Origin: Eledone cirrhosa
Lineage: Eukaryota
Direction of reading: 5' to 3'
Length of the DNA: 64,000 bases
NCBI GenBank assembly: GCA_964016885.1
Contig: OZ024744.1
Span: forward strand, 87,110,001 to 87,174,000
A model generated the notes under the pieces. That model made no database searches. It saw only the letters and a list, made by a program, of their open reading frames with translations, and was not told the origin of the DNA. Position 1 is the stretch's first letter, and each line of letters opens with the position of its first letter. Both the position numbers and the translations under genes were made by a program. This document shows, piece after piece, positions 12,350 through 26,945 of this stretch.

Positions 12350-13200
12350 TGGTGCTATTGGTTGGGTGATGATGATGATGATGATGGTGGTGGTGCTGGT
12401 GGAGGTGGTGGTGGTGCTGGTTTATGCTGGCGGCGGCGGCGGCGGCGATGGTGTTGGTCGTGAAGGTGGTGGTGTTTGGTGGTGGTGGTGGTGGTGGTGG
12501 ATGTGGTGGTGGTGATGGTGATAGTGTTTTGGAATAATAGCAGTGGTGGCGGACTTGGTCGTGGTCGTGGTCGCGGTCGCGGTTGTGGTTGTGGTTGTGG
12601 TTATGCCGGTGGTTTTTGGTGGCGTTGGTGGTGGTGGTTGTACTGGTGGCGGCGGCGGCGGTGGTGTTGGTCGTGAAGGTGGTGGTGTTTGGTGGTGGTG
12701 GTGGTGGTGGTGGTGGTGGTGGTGGTGATGATGATGGCGGTGGTGGTGTTTGTGGTGGTGGTGGTGGTGGTGGTAATGATGTTGGGAATAAAAGTAGTGG
12801 TGATGGTCGTGGTGGTGCCGGTTGTTTTTGTGGCGTTGGTGATGGTGGTGGGGCTCGGGCTGGTGGCGGTGGTGGTGGTAATAATGTTGGGAATAATAGT
12901 AGAGGTGGTTGTCTTGGTCGTGGTTGTGCCGGTTGTTTTGGTGGCGTTGGTGATGGTGGTGGGGCTCGGGCTGGTGGTGGTGGTGGTGGTGTTAGTGGTT
13001 TTGGTGGCGACGGTGGTAATTGTGTTTGGAGTAGTGGTGTTCTTGGTCGTGGTCTTGGTCGTGGTCGTGGTCGTGTGGTGCCGGTTGTTTTGGTGGCGTT
13101 GGTGATGGTGGTGGGGCTCGGGCTGGTGGTGGTGGTGGTGTTAGTGGTGATGGTTAATAGTGTTTGTAGTAATAGTGGTGGTGAAGATGTCTGTTAGATT
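12350..13200. repeat. (GGT)n-based low-complexity tract with internal higher-order duplications
   Basis: gccggttgttttggtggcgttggtgatggtggtggggctcgggctggtgg recurs three times. Confidence 0.85.
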
Positions 13201-13419
13201 TGGCAGCGGTAATAGTGATGACAGCAACCGTGTCGTTTCTGTTAATAATCAACATGGTTCGATTACTGTTATGTTATCATTGCCATCACTAAACTCTCCA
13301 TGCCGTAGTTACTGGACCCGCTTTAAAAAAAGAAGTCACCAAATGTCCTTCATTCTTCACTATCGCAGTCTTAAAATAGGAGAGACATAATGAATAATAA
13401 AGTACTTGTGTGAATGCAA

Positions 13420-14457
13420 TGGATGGATGGTTGGATGGTTGGATGGTTGGATGGTTGGTTGGATGGTTGGATGGTTGGATGTATGGTTGGTTGGATGGTT
13501 GGATGGATGGATGGTTGGATGGATGGTTGGATGGTTGGATGGTTGGATGGATAGTTGGATGGTTGGATGGTTGGATGGTTGGATGGTTGGATGGTTGGAT
13601 GGTTGGATGGATGGTTGGATGGATGGTTGGTTGGATGGTTGGATGGTTGGATGGTTGGATGGATAGTTGGATGGTTGGATGGTTGGATGGATGGTTGGAT
13701 GGTTGGATGGTTGGATGGTTGGATGGATGGTTGGATGGTTGGATGGTTGGATGGTTGGATGGATAGTTGGATGGTTGGATGGTTGGATGGTTGGATGGTT
13801 GGATGGTTGGATGGATGGTTGGATGGATGGTTGGTTGGATGGTTGGATGGTTGGATGGTTGGATGGATAGTTGGATGGTTGGATGGTTGGATGGATGGTT
13901 GGATGGTTGGTTGGTTGGATGGTTGGATGGATGGTTGGATGGTTGGATGGTTGGATGGTTGGATGGACGGATGGATAGTTGGATGGATGGTTGGATGGTT
14001 GGATGGTTGTACGGATGGATGGTTGGATGGACGGATGGATGGTTGGTTTGATGCATGGATGGTTGGATGGTTGGATGGTTGGATGTATGGTTGGTTGGAT
14101 GGTTGGATGGATGGATGGTTGGTTGGATGGTTGGATGGTTGGATGGTTGGATGGATAGTTGGATGGTTGGATGGTTGGATGGATGGTTGGATGGTTGGAT
14201 GGATGGTTGGATGGATGGTTGGTTGGATGGTTGGATGGTTGGATGGTTGGATGGACGGATGGATAGTTGGATGGATGGTTGGATGGTTGGATGGTTGTAC
14301 GGATGGATGGTTGGATGGACGGATGGATGGTTGGTTTGATGCATGGATGGTTGGATGGTTGGATGGATGGATGGATGGATGTGGATGGTTGGATGGACGG
14401 ATGGTTGGGTGGATTGATGGACGGTAGGATGGATGGACGGATGGATGTGTGGATGGT
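13420..14457. repeat. (GGAT/GGTT)n compound satellite
   Basis: Direct reading. A diagnostic block (gtacggatgg...tttgatgcatgg) is duplicated at 288-bp spacing. Confidence 0.97.
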
Positions 14458-14574
14458 CATATTTCGAATGTCTTTCTCAGTTAGGTTCATTAATTAGTAT
14501 AGTTATACACACACATGATATTATACAATAGCACCGATATAGTTAAGAGCAACATCAAATGTCCTCCTTCCACT

Positions 14575-15000
<426 letters not shown>

Positions 15001-15117
15001 AATCAGTTGTTCGTTGCTGAAAACCTGTTGTTTACTGACTCAAATTCCTTTCTAAGAATCCATGAAAGACGAAATTCCTCAATTCTTATACCCATATAAT
15101 ATAATATTTATATCTAT

Positions 15118-15335
15118 TGTGAAGACACGTGGCCGAGTGGTTAGAGTCTTGGATTCACAATCGTGAGGTTGTGAGTTCGATTCCTGGACCGGGCGATGCG
15201 TTATGTCTTTGAGCAAGACACTTTATTTCACGTTGTTCCTTCTACCTGGAGTTGCGACCGATAGATAGTATTAGCAATTGGAAAGACCAACGGGAACATT
15301 GTTTCCTCGGTCCGATTTGTGGAAGGTCGATCGAC
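15118..15335 (+). mobile_element. Second tRNA-derived SINE family (Meta-domain-like)
   Basis: A box tggccgagtgg, B box gagttcgattcc, central tgtctttgagcaagacacttt. Copies on the minus strand at 44150-44365 and 52170-52370. Confidence 0.8.
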
Positions 15336-15739
15336 TGTCGATTTATACGTGCATTTTTTTTTTTTTTTTGGGCCGAAACATTAAAGCATTGAACACAGTT
15401 CTTTTCTCTATATCCTATTTGTAATTTTTCTGATTTATTTGCATTGTTTTCAAATCCTACTGAAACCAAATTTTCCTACCCCCCAAAAACATGTCTGGTC
15501 ATATGCTTATGTTGCAAACCATTAATATTATAATAATTAGTCTTATTTTTCTTGCCTGCTGCCACTGTATTCTGGATTACAAATGTGCGTGTATTGGGTA
15601 TGTGCAGTGTTGTATTTAGTGCTGTTGTTGTTTCTATTGTATTGCTAGTACTCTACCTAATATGTGTACAGTATGTAGTAGTGCTATTTTCTGTATGTTA
15701 TATATATTAATAAATCCTGGGGTTTTCAGGATGTATTCT

Positions 15740-16565
15740 GTCAGTATGTGTGTGTGTTTCTCCTTCCCACAGCCCCTATCACTATAGGGTCTGTTTTTCT
15801 GTTTTCATCATCCACATTTGGCTATTTTCTAGCTCCAGATCATTGAATTTGGATAATCTTTTCGTATTCTCTATATGGCTTGATGGGCTCAGTTTTTATA
15901 TCTCATTAATTGGGGTGGGCTCATTTGTCCAGAAGACATTCTTGTTAACTTTTTCACCACATTATGTAAACACCAAAGTATATACATACGCTGTACCAAC
16001 TTAACACGTTAGCTTATTACATGGCTGACCATTTCTCCCTTTGTTCCACACAATCTACATAATGGTGATTTTATCCTTTTCTCAATATGATGTTAACGTA
16101 GTTAGAGCTTCGGTGCATTCTTTCAGATCACGATTTTTTATGCTATGACGTGTTCTTTTCCCAACCAACGCTTAATGTATTGCCCATACATAAGTTTATC
16201 CCACCATTCATTTTCAAGTTCTTTTCTCACACTTTTCTTATATTCATTAGGTACTACTGCATCAGCAGATTTTAGAGTTTCGTGGTCTCTTGCTTCTGAC
16301 ATGATGTTACCTCTTACATTTCTACGGTACCATGCTAGGGTATTTTCTTCTCTTTCGACACAATTTTCACAGCTTATTAATCCTCTACCTCCTTTCTTTC
16401 TTCCAACAAAAAGTCCTGTGACTACTATTTAGATGGAATTCTTTACGCACTGTCATCATTTTCCTAGATTCCTATCAATACTTTCCAGTTCATCTTCACC
16501 CCATTTGATAACTCCTGCCACATAGGGCTTGTGAGACACAGACCATGTTTTGTTGCCTCGATCTG
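15740..16565 (-). pseudogene. Degraded R4/Dong LINE fragments
   Basis: Minus-strand translations YVAGVIKWGEDELESIDR and KRLSKFNDLELENSQMW..PIVIGAVG match the post-RT and REL C-terminal motifs seen at 62222-63690. Confidence 0.7.
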
Positions 16566-17056
16566 ACTCCTTTCATTCAATTTACCCCTTTCCTCTTTCA
16601 TATGTAACGGCCTCTTGTGCTTTAAAATACATTTTTGTAACCCATTATTAGCTTTTATTTGTTTCTATGTATGAGCCCTTGTGGCTAATAAAAAAAAATG
16701 AAACACTATTATTGCTGTTGCTCAATACAGTTCTGTCAAACTTTTGTTTTCGTTCTCTTGGCTGCTCTGTATATTTCAGATAATTTTAACCTTTTAAAGA
16801 AGCAAATTTTTCTCTTCATTTTTCCATATTTAATTGTACGACATATTACAGGAGAGAACTCAGTCTCTTGATTTTTATATATGTTTTCAGGTTTAATCGT
16901 TTAATCGTTTACCGAAATATTTGTTTCTGTTTTAATTAAGCATCACTAGAACAAAATCCACCGTAAATAGTGTCGCCGTCCCCATTGTTAGTTGCCATTC
17001 CTTCTTTCCTCCTTTGTTCTGTACTGATAGATATATTTATTATTATATATACATAA

Positions 17057-17278
17057 TGGCGGTGGATTGGCGGTATCGGTAGAGCGTCAGACACCATGAC
17101 TTGCAGCATAGAGTTATGGTTCTTTGCGTTCTGAGTTCAAATCCCGCCGAGGTTAACTTTGCTTTTCATCCTTACAAGGTCGATAAATAAAGTACCAGTC
17201 ACGCACTGGGGTCGATTTAATCGACTTTCCCCTCCCTCAAAATTGCTGGCATTGTGCTTATATAAGAAACCATTATTA
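17057..17278 (+). mobile_element. Nin/Deu-type SINE, full length
   Basis: Head, B-box, core and long tail variant. Confidence 0.88.
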
Positions 17279-17397
17279 CTTATATATTAATGAGTTTCTT
17301 TTACTGAATCTAAAACTCCCCCACACTTCCTTGTTGTCTTCCTGTTTTCCAATCTCGTTCTTTCTTCAACGACTTGTAACCCTGTGGCCTATAAAAG

Positions 17398-17855
17398 AAT
17401 TGGCAGTATCGGTAGAGGGTCGGACGCCATGCTTTCCAGCATAGTTACGTCCCTTTACGATCTGAGTTCAAATCCCGCCGAGGTTGACTTTGCCTTTCAT
17501 CCTTACGGGGTCGATAAAATAAAGTACCAGTAATGAACTGGGATTTTGCTGGCCTTGTGCCTAAAGTAGAAACAATTATTATCATTTTATGTTTGTTTTT
17601 ATAAAACCCACACTGTATCGTCTTGTACCGTCTTTAATGTCTCCTTAATGTGAGCCCTGTGTGGCTAATAAAGATTGGTAGTATCGGTAGAGGGTCGAAT
17701 GTCACGCTTAGCAGCATAGAGTTACGCCCCTTTACGGTCTGAGTTTAAATACCGCAGAGGTTAACTTTGCCTTTCATCTTTACGGTGTCGGTAAAATAAA
17801 GTACCAGTAATACACTGGAATAACTGCTGGCCTTGTGCCCAAAGTAGAAACATTT
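17398..17855 (+). mobile_element. Composite SINE / Tx1 3'UTR / SINE
   Basis: Two SINEs joined by about 90 bp resembling the Tx1 3' end (gccctgtgtggctaataaag). Near-identical copy at 24400-24843. Confidence 0.8.
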
Positions 17856-17895
17856 ACTATTATAAGTAGTAGTAGTAGTACTAGTAGTAGTAGTG

Positions 17896-17955
<60 letters not shown>

Positions 17956-17981
17956 ATATTAGTATTATTGTTATCATTAGA

Positions 17982-18195
17982 ACGGTGTGTTGGCAGTATT
18001 GGTAGAGCGTCTTACAAAAGCTTTGCGGCATAGAGTTAAATCCCTTTACATTTCGAGTTCAAATCTCGCTTAGATTAGCTTTGTCCTTCATCCTTATGGG
18101 AATGATATGAGAAAACACCAGTAATGCAGGGAGGGCAATTTAATCGATTTTTCCCTCCCACCAAATTTCTTGGCCTAAATCAGAAACAATTACTG
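17982..18195 (+). mobile_element. Diverged Nin/Deu-type SINE
   Basis: Head, B-box and degenerate core. Confidence 0.7.
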
Positions 18196-18201
18196 TTCTT
18201 T

Positions 18202-18259
<58 letters not shown>

Positions 18260-18991
18260 CGTCGTCGTCGTCGTCGGCGGCGGTGGCGGCGACGTTGTTG
18301 ATGTTATTTTCATCCTTCGAGGTCGGTGAGATGATGTACCAAACAAATATTGCAGTCGATTTATTCGACTTTCCCCTCTCCCAAATTTACTGTCCTTTTA
18401 CCTAAAGTAAAAATTATTATTATGGATGTTGCTGCTGCTGTTGTTGTTGGTGTCGTTGTTGTTATCATTATTAATCTTGTTATTCAACTTTCATTAGGAG
18501 ACAGCTAGGTGTGTCTTACGTGCAGGTTGTACTGCTTAAAGCCAGCATCAGTGTCTGATCTCCCTTAGGAATTTATTTCCATGCTGCAAAGCTTTGCTCT
18601 GGTTGGTTGGTTGGCTGGTGGTTGTGTAATCGTTACTTGTTTACAGGCTTAGACTTATTTCCTAACTTTCTAAATAAGCTCATTAATATTCATGAAGGCA
18701 GCCATTTCTCGAACGTATTTCCTTACCAGTTTTCCCTATTTTTCTTCTTCCTATCTTTAATCATGCCAAGGAGATTAACTCGCTGTCGAGAATTTTTACT
18801 CGTCGCTGACCTCATCATCGATGCAGCTAGCAGCCACCGTCGTCTTCGTTCCTTTCACCATTTTTCTATCTTCTATCGTAATTCTTGCCCCTACTCCTTG
18901 ATATGACTCCGCCCATATATTTCATGCTTTTCTTAACAGACATTTGAGTTCATAGCAATATATATTTATTTGATAGTTGTTCTATATACAT

Positions 18992-19141
<150 letters not shown>

Positions 19142-19244
19142 AACAATATGACCCTCCCCAAGTATAACAATATATATATATATATATGATGATGATTCTT
19201 ATTATTTCATTTCTTCGAATTTAGACCGTTATTATATTCAGAGA

Positions 19245-19490
19245 TAGGCAGTATTGTGGCATATAGTTGTGTCCTTTTATGTTCTTAGTTCAAATTCCGC
19301 CAAGCCAAATCTTTGCATTTCATCCTTTCGAGATAAATTTAAAAAAACCACATACCCGTATTGTACTGGGCTCAATCTTCCTCTACATTTATTTAACACT
19401 TCCTCTCTCTCTCACTTTCTGTCATTCTCTGGAAGAAATCTGCTGTATTCAGACGTGGAGAGCGATGGGTTCTGCTAGGTTTAATATATC
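19245..19490 (+). mobile_element. Nin/Deu-type SINE with alternative 3' tail
   Basis: Core gcatttcatcctttcgagat, then tail ctggaagaaatctgctgtattcagacgtggagagcgatgggtt, shared with 28690-28950 (minus). Confidence 0.6.
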
Positions 19491-20719
19491 CAAGAAATGA
19501 TGCCATCACGTAGTGTCTTCCCTGCTAACTATATGTGATTAGCTTGAATAGAAATTTGCTTACAAATTTAATTGATATGAGTGCTCGGAATTTCTGACTA
19601 AAATTTAGAATTCAATGAGAATAAATTATTCAAATAAACTAAAAACAGTTTTATAGAATAAGGATTCACTTAGAGTGGTCCCTGCTTCTAATTTCTAATT
19701 TTAAATGTATTGCATATACTTTTATTATAAGTAGGGATATCTGGGATATTGCCACTTCTAAAACTACAGCCAATGAAAGCACTACGGGAAATTCCAGAGT
19801 GATGAGTCAACTGTGTCTTATTCCAAATTATATAATCGAAATGACTTTAAAGTAATGGCGAAAATTCCTATGTTAATGTTGCAAATGAATATTGACATCC
19901 ACTATTTGATTTTCATTTTCAGCATTATCTATTTTAAAGATTCTTGCCTTTAGGCTAATTATCGTATAAAGATATGTTCGAAATAGCGGTTATAATACAG
20001 TATTTGTTTTATGTAGTATAAGGTTAGGATTTATCTATGCTTTACCAAAACATGCAATTGTTTCTGATGCATGTTTATTTTTATATATTTTGATCTAATA
20101 AACATCTTAATTATCACGTACACAGTACATCTACTAGGGGAAATATTTAAACGAATATTTAAAATGTTAGTGTCTTGAGAGCAGTAGATAAAAAAAATCA
20201 TGGGGTAAAGATTAGATTTAAAATGCAAATATTTGGAAATTATTTGAAAAATTAAGTTTGTGAAAGTATAAAGCAGAACATTCTGGTTAGCTACGTTTTG
20301 AAGGCATTGTACGTCGTCAAATTCATACACTGTTCAACAAACACGACATTTCTGCGTCGAAAAGAAATCATATCCTGTGTAAAAAATCGACATCTCTTTC
20401 ACAGTGGTCAACCGACACAAATGTTATACATGATTAACATCTTGAATATTACAATCCTAGATACATTATGCCTGTGAAAAATACGAACTGTCTGCAATTG
20501 GAGCTTCATTGAAAAATCAGAATAACCGATTTTATATGAGAAAGACGAAATATAAAACATTATTCCATATGTTCTTGAGTACATGACACGAAACATTTTA
20601 TGCTTCATAGAACACTTAAGTAGACAGAAGTAAGCATCAAAGACAGAATCTGCCTCATTCCAGGTTGGAAATACATGTCACAAATAGTAGTATTTAGGAA
20701 AGCAGGTCCAAACTAAACC

Positions 20720-20905
20720 TGTTATTTTTTTTACATTGGACACAAGGCCAGCAATTTGAAGGGAAGGTGAATATCAACCAAATCAATTCCAGTGCGTTAG
20801 TGGTCCTTTTTTATTGAACCCGTAAAGATAAAAGCTAACCTCGACGGGATTTGAACTCAGATCATAAATAGCCGTAACTCTATCGACACTGCCACCCATC
20901 GCCCT
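20720..20905 (-). mobile_element. Nin/Deu-type SINE, internally deleted
   Basis: Reverse-complement B-box (gggatttgaactc) and core. Confidence 0.7.
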
Positions 20906-21784
20906 TATTATAAAAACTAGTTTATTATAACAAACAATATATGTGTCGAAATCATATAACAAACAATATATGTATCAAAATCACAGATGATTTAAAAATA
21001 AAATTATGTATACATAGATGATTTTACAGAAGAAAAACCATATCAGACTTGATAGATTTATACACATCATTTCGAATGATATAGAATAAGAGGATTTATC
21101 AGGTGAATGTATATCATTTCACATTCTCATTTCAGTAATGTGTTATATCCTGTATTTCCTTTCATCTTGCTAACATAAAATCCATTAGAATCCTGGAAAT
21201 TGTATGATTAACCTAAATGAAAAACAAAAATTGCGAAAGGGTTAAAGATATATGCCTGTGTATTCTGGATTACCTAACTAAGTCTTCCAATTATCTGATG
21301 TCCCGAAAATATTGAACATTGTGATACAACCGATTTTCTAAATAATGCAACAAATGTTTTCACACTAAAATATACAGAATAAATAACAACTAAATTTCAA
21401 ACATTTTCTTTGAATCTTTAATAGCTAAAATGCAACTATCATCGTGTAATTGCCTCAGTTTCCAAAGAACTTAAAAATAGATAAGTACAATTCCGATATA
21501 TATCATTTATTGTGCAGAATATAAATTGCTGTAGAGATATTATAATATATGAATGAGTGAGTCATGGCCGGAGATCACTGAAATAACATCAGTGACTTTC
21601 ATAAGCTGTGTAAAAAAATCAGTTGAAATCGTTATTTATTTTGAATATCATAAAAATGGTTTCTTTACATATCCTTTACATATCCCTGAGAAATAGACAC
21701 CAAATTTAGTTAAAATATTACCAAAAAGGGATAAGTGCTATACTCGTTTGTATGTATAAATGGACATATGTGTGTATATGTATG

Positions 21785-22090
21785 TATATGTTCTTCCGGT
21801 TTTATAATTTCACAAATGTTTGCCAATAGAGAGAGAGTCGCTTTCTAACATAGACACAAGACTCTCTCATTGGAATTTACACAACATCAACTAAACTAGG
21901 TAGATTATGTATGTATGCATGTGTAGATATGGATGTTATTGTATGTGTGGATGTGGATGTTTTGAGTTCTTTGTGTGCATGTGCATATGCTTAGTATCTG
22001 TACATGTGTATATGCAGTTATTAGATGCAACATTTTTGGAATGTTTTACATATTTTTACTGTTTCATTAATGGATTTTACTTGTAAATTC
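21785..22090. repeat. Unclassified interspersed repeat (3 copies)
   Basis: tatgttcttccggttttataatt...gagagagagtcg...cacaagactctctcattggaatttacac recurs at about 27990-28260 and partly at 25225-25440. Confidence 0.7.
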
Positions 22091-22522
22091 CTAACTATAT
22101 ATATATATATATGTATGTACGTATGTATATATGTATGTACATGTGTATGTATTTATATGTAAGTATGTATATACATTTGTATGTGCGTATGACTGTATGT
22201 ATTATATGTATATATGTATGTATATATGTATGCCTGTATGCATATGTCTGTATGTTTGTAAGTATGTATGTATGCATGCATGTATGCTTGCATGTATATG
22301 TACGTATGTTTGTATGTATGTATGCATATATATCATCAGCACAGATTCATGGAGGGATGATGATGATGATGATGATGTTTATTATTATTATTATTATATA
22401 TATATACACATATATATATATATATATGTGTGTGTATATATATATATATATGTATATATATGTGTATATATATATATATGTATATATGTATATATAAATA
22501 TATATATATATATGTATATATG

Positions 22523-22617
<95 letters not shown>

Positions 22618-22638
22618 TATATATATATATATATTTAT

Positions 22639-22673
<35 letters not shown>

Positions 22674-22674
22674 C

Positions 22675-22863
22675 GTTATTCCGGGTTGAATCGGAGGTAA
22701 CCACAGTAACTAAGGTACTCAATACATATCAGAGTATAAAAGTTTTAATATAGAAGAGATTCTACAGGACTTGAACTGTTTCATTCTTTAGAAATCATCA
22801 GGAATCAGATGAGATTACTGATGAGTTCTAAAGTATGAAACAGTTCTAGTCCTGTAGAAACTC

Positions 22864-22870
<7 letters not shown>
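22675..22870. mobile_element. Family A fold-back element with CTGATGA..GAAAC on both strands
   Basis: Plus strand ctgatga-gttctaaagtat-gaaac; minus strand ctgatga-tttctaaagaat-gaaac; flanked by (TA)n. Confidence 0.65.
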
Positions 22871-22933
<63 letters not shown>

Positions 22934-22935
<2 letters not shown>

Positions 22936-23127
22936 CGAAGGAAATGTGGTAAGGAACCAGGTGGACCATAACGCACCAAAGTACTCAATACTTGGGGTAG
23001 TAGAGTGGGTAATAGGAACCAGTAAGACCCCGACGGCTGAGCTCAAGCCGTTTCGACGGCTAATTCAGTCCCAGAATTAGCCGTCGAAACGGCTTGAGCT
23101 CAGCCGTCGGGGTCTTACTGGTTCCTA
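22934..23127 (-). mobile_element. Family B fold-back element
   Basis: Perfect about 53-bp inverted arms, homologous to 9432-9622, flanked by (TA)n on both sides. Confidence 0.75.
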
Positions 23128-23229
23128 TATATATATATATATATATATGCTAATAGCTACAACGACGGTGGTAATAATGAAAAAGATGATGGCAAAGATC
23201 ATAATGAAGATGACGATGATAATTACTAA

Positions 23230-23281
<52 letters not shown>

Positions 23282-23604
23282 GTGGTGGTGATGATGAAGA
23301 TGATTGATGATGACGCGTTTCAAGATTGTCTCTCATCGTTATCATACTTTATCACAACCCACACCGCTGTTATCGATTCTATCAGTTTCAGTACGGTCTT
23401 TAGTAGTGGAATATGGAAAAGTTAATGCCGTATTTAATCCAGAGAAATTGCCAGGAAATATCTTGGATTTACAGCGACGACAGCATTCTTTAAATAGTCA
23501 GTCCATCAGCCGTATATTTCACATTGATAGGGTTTTTACGAGATTTAGATCTTTATATGCAAACATATACTTATGCATATTCATACTTATATATATATAT
23601 ATAA

Positions 23605-23643
<39 letters not shown>

Positions 23644-23803
23644 TGTATGTGTGTGTATGTGTATATATATGTGTGGGTGAGTGTGTGTGTGTGTATATAT
23701 ACATATGTATGTGTATATATATATATATATGCATGTATATGTATTATATATATATATAATCAAATTAATAAATATATGTATATGTAGATACACACACACA
23801 CAC

Positions 23804-23874
<71 letters not shown>

Positions 23875-23875
23875 G

Positions 23876-23983
<108 letters not shown>

Positions 23984-24084
23984 TTATATATATATATATA
24001 TATATATTCCATATGTACATGTGTGTATATATATATATATAAATATATTATGCCCATGTACGAAAATACTTTATATATGTGTAC

Positions 24085-24178
<94 letters not shown>

Positions 24179-24391
24179 ATATGCTTCCTTGGTAAACATA
24201 GATCGGTTCCAAGGTTGGTACTGTACTCAATCTCCGAATGCAAGAGCCGATGACTGATCAGGTGCTGCTGTAACTCTGTAGTTGTTTCGGTACCTTCCAC
24301 CGCGACCCCAAAGCTACTCGAAATAACAGCACAATTTGTGCATGCATAAATACATAAATACATATATACATACATTATTACATACATGCAA

Positions 24392-24843
24392 AGGCGGTGG
24401 ATTGGCAGTATCGGTAGAGTGTCGGACGCCATGCTTTCTAGCATAGTTACGTCCCTTTACGATCTGAGTTTAAATCTCGCCGAGGTTGACTTTGCCTTTT
24501 ATCCTTACGGGGTCGATAAAATAAAATACCAGTAATGAACTGGGTTTTTGCTGGCCTTGTACCTAAAGTAGAAACAATTATTATCATTTTATGTTTGTTT
24601 TTATAAAACCCACACTGTATCGTCTTGTACTGTCTTTAATGTCTCCTTAATGTGAGCCCTGTGTGGCTAATAAAGATTGGTAGTATCGGTAGAGGGTCGA
24701 ATGTCACGCTTAGCAGCATAGAGTTACGCCCCTTTACGGTCTGAGTTTAAATCCCGCAGATGTTAACTTTGCCTTTCATCTTTACGGTGTCGGTAAAATA
24801 AAGTACCAGTAATACACTTGTGCCAAAAGTAGAAACAATTATT
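24392..24843 (+). mobile_element. Composite SINE / Tx1 3'UTR / SINE (second copy)
   Basis: Near-identical to 17398-17855, including the linker. Confidence 0.8.
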
Positions 24844-25633
24844 ACATACATACATACTCATACACATACATTCATACATAACTATCTGCATAGAAGCATA
24901 CATACACTCATGTATACATATATACATGCATACATAAATAAATACATACATGCATACATACATATATGCATATATATGCATGCATACATTTATATATGCA
25001 TACATTCATACATGCATGCACACACTCACTCAAACACACACACACACACACACACAAACACAAATATACACATACAAACATACCCACACACATGTAAACA
25101 CACCTGCGCACACATACATGTGCACATAAACATACACTCGTAAACACGCCTACATAGACACGTAAGCATATAGATCACACATATATTTGTATATATCAGA
25201 CATATATATCTATATATATGTAGTCACAAGAGCTTTTCATTGGAATTTACACATCAATTAGGTAAATACATACGTATGTGTATTTTTGTGTACGATTTGA
25301 GTTATATGTGTTCACGCGCATGTGTTTCTGTATTTAATTATGTGTGTAAGCAGTTATTAAATATAACAACTGAATAATAACTGAATTTTAAATATTTTAC
25401 ATACTTTTACAGTTCCATTTTTGGAGTGTACTTGCCACTTGCTCCATGGCCTTACCTTTTCTGGTTCTGTAGTGCCCCCCCCCCCCTAGCTTCTCAAGAT
25501 TTATATTGAGGCAGTTAGTAAAATTTCAGAGTCTCAATGACTATACCTTTAGATACAATTCTAAAGGTATAGTCGGGTTTGAGTATCTGTAGATTCTTCA
25601 TTAATTCAGCACTTTCAATTTCGCTACTCTTTA

Positions 25634-25850
25634 GCAGTGGATTGGCAGTATCAGGAAGGCGGTGGATCGGCAGTATCGGTAGAGGGTCTGGCGCCATGCG
25701 TTGCAGCATAGAGTTACGTCCCTTTATGATCAGAGTTCAAATCCCGCCGAGGTTAACTTTGCCTTTCATCCTTACGGGGTCGATAAAATAAAGTACCAGT
25801 AATACACTGGTATAATAAGCTGGTCCTTGTGCCAAATGTAGAAAACATTA
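25634..25850 (+). mobile_element. Nin/Deu-type SINE with duplicated head
   Basis: gtggattggcagtatc occurs twice (second with one mismatch) before the body. Confidence 0.8.
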
Positions 25851-25863
25851 TATTTAGATCTGG

Positions 25864-25932
25864 TGGGCAGCTAATTTCCACTTCTGGGCAGCTAATTTCA
25901 ACTTCTGGACAGCTAATTTCCACTACTGGGCA
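25864..25932. repeat. 21-bp tandem repeat, about 3 copies
   Basis: tgggcagctaatttccacttc repeated. Confidence 0.85.
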
Positions 25933-26199
25933 TTCTTTCTTTTGTCTCTGTCCCACATTAATTTATCTGGTATGATATGATTGCATTTTGACTGGAACAT
26001 TTCATCAGTGCCTTGTCATATTATGTATGTATATGTCCTCCACGTCACTATAACATCTTATATTATAATTTTTGTGACTATCCTTTTTATTGTTTGCTTT
26101 ATATAGTGATTTTACCCCTAGATCATACCTCATAGGTAGATATTATCTTGATAACATCAAATTGAGAGCTAATATACCGGTTGTTGATCTAAGATAGTC

Positions 26200-26945
26200 T
26201 ACTTAGCTTATCTATAATACTCTCAATTTAGAGCTTCCTGGCAACATAGCCACGCATGATTTTTGCCGATAATCATTCAGATTTTCATTCGTGAGTACAC
26301 TACGGTATTGCTGAGCAATTACCCTGGCTGTGAAGTTTTTGGTTATCATGCAAGGAGTATCTCTGATAATGTTATCTGTTTCGTGTAGAGAGACGTATTC
26401 TATCGATGGGCTTCTACGCTTGGTAGTTTGTAGAAATCTCAGGGATACGATGCGACACTGAAATGCTCTCTGGAATAATGTTAAGCCTCTGCTTTCCTAT
26501 CTGCATTTCAAGTAGAAGCGGTTAATGTCACTGTTGATGTGAAAATTTGCAGGGTCGGTTATAGCTTTTCGAGTTTTAACATCAATGGTTCGGATCCCAT
26601 ACAACGTCCAATCGGGTAGTCCAAATGTTAGTCTTGGCACAGGTGCATCAAACATATTATGTTCCACTGATTTATTGTGCGTGGTGAATTCAGATGACCA
26701 TATTTATCTTATTCAGGTATTATATTATCTGGATATTTGTTCCCTGTTACAAATACCATTATAAGATATATTTTCATCTATCCCTATGTATTTGTAGCAA
26801 TTCTAGTCAGATATCGGGGAAATAGTCAGGTCATTGATAGAGATGTTGCCAGATTGGCTTGTAGTTTATCCTCGTGTTACAATCATATAGAAACATTTAT
26901 CATGGCCAAATTCCATCCCTATATCTGATGTAAAACCGGCTCCTG
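26200..26945 (-). pseudogene. Degraded R4/Dong LINE RT C-terminal region
   Basis: FTSDIGMEFGHDKC, CYKYIGIDE and IDVKTRK..NFHINSDINRFYL..RGL match FTNDICMQFGISKC, YKYLG and DRKTRK..FHKKSDVDRLYL..GRGL at 63170-63620. Confidence 0.8.

Noticed and set aside
12583-13197. Glycine-rich structural protein ORF
   Set aside because: GGT-repeat DNA open in multiple frames, with the Gly frame shifting and no signal peptide or splice evidence. It cannot be fully excluded without RNA-seq.
13289-14490. PSNHPTIQ / WMVG repeat proteins
   Set aside because: Translations of the GGAT/GGTT satellite.
19500-21750. Unique-looking AT-rich stretch as host exons
   Set aside because: Trial translations after candidate acceptors hit stops, and no recognisable domain was found. 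Short exons could still be missed.
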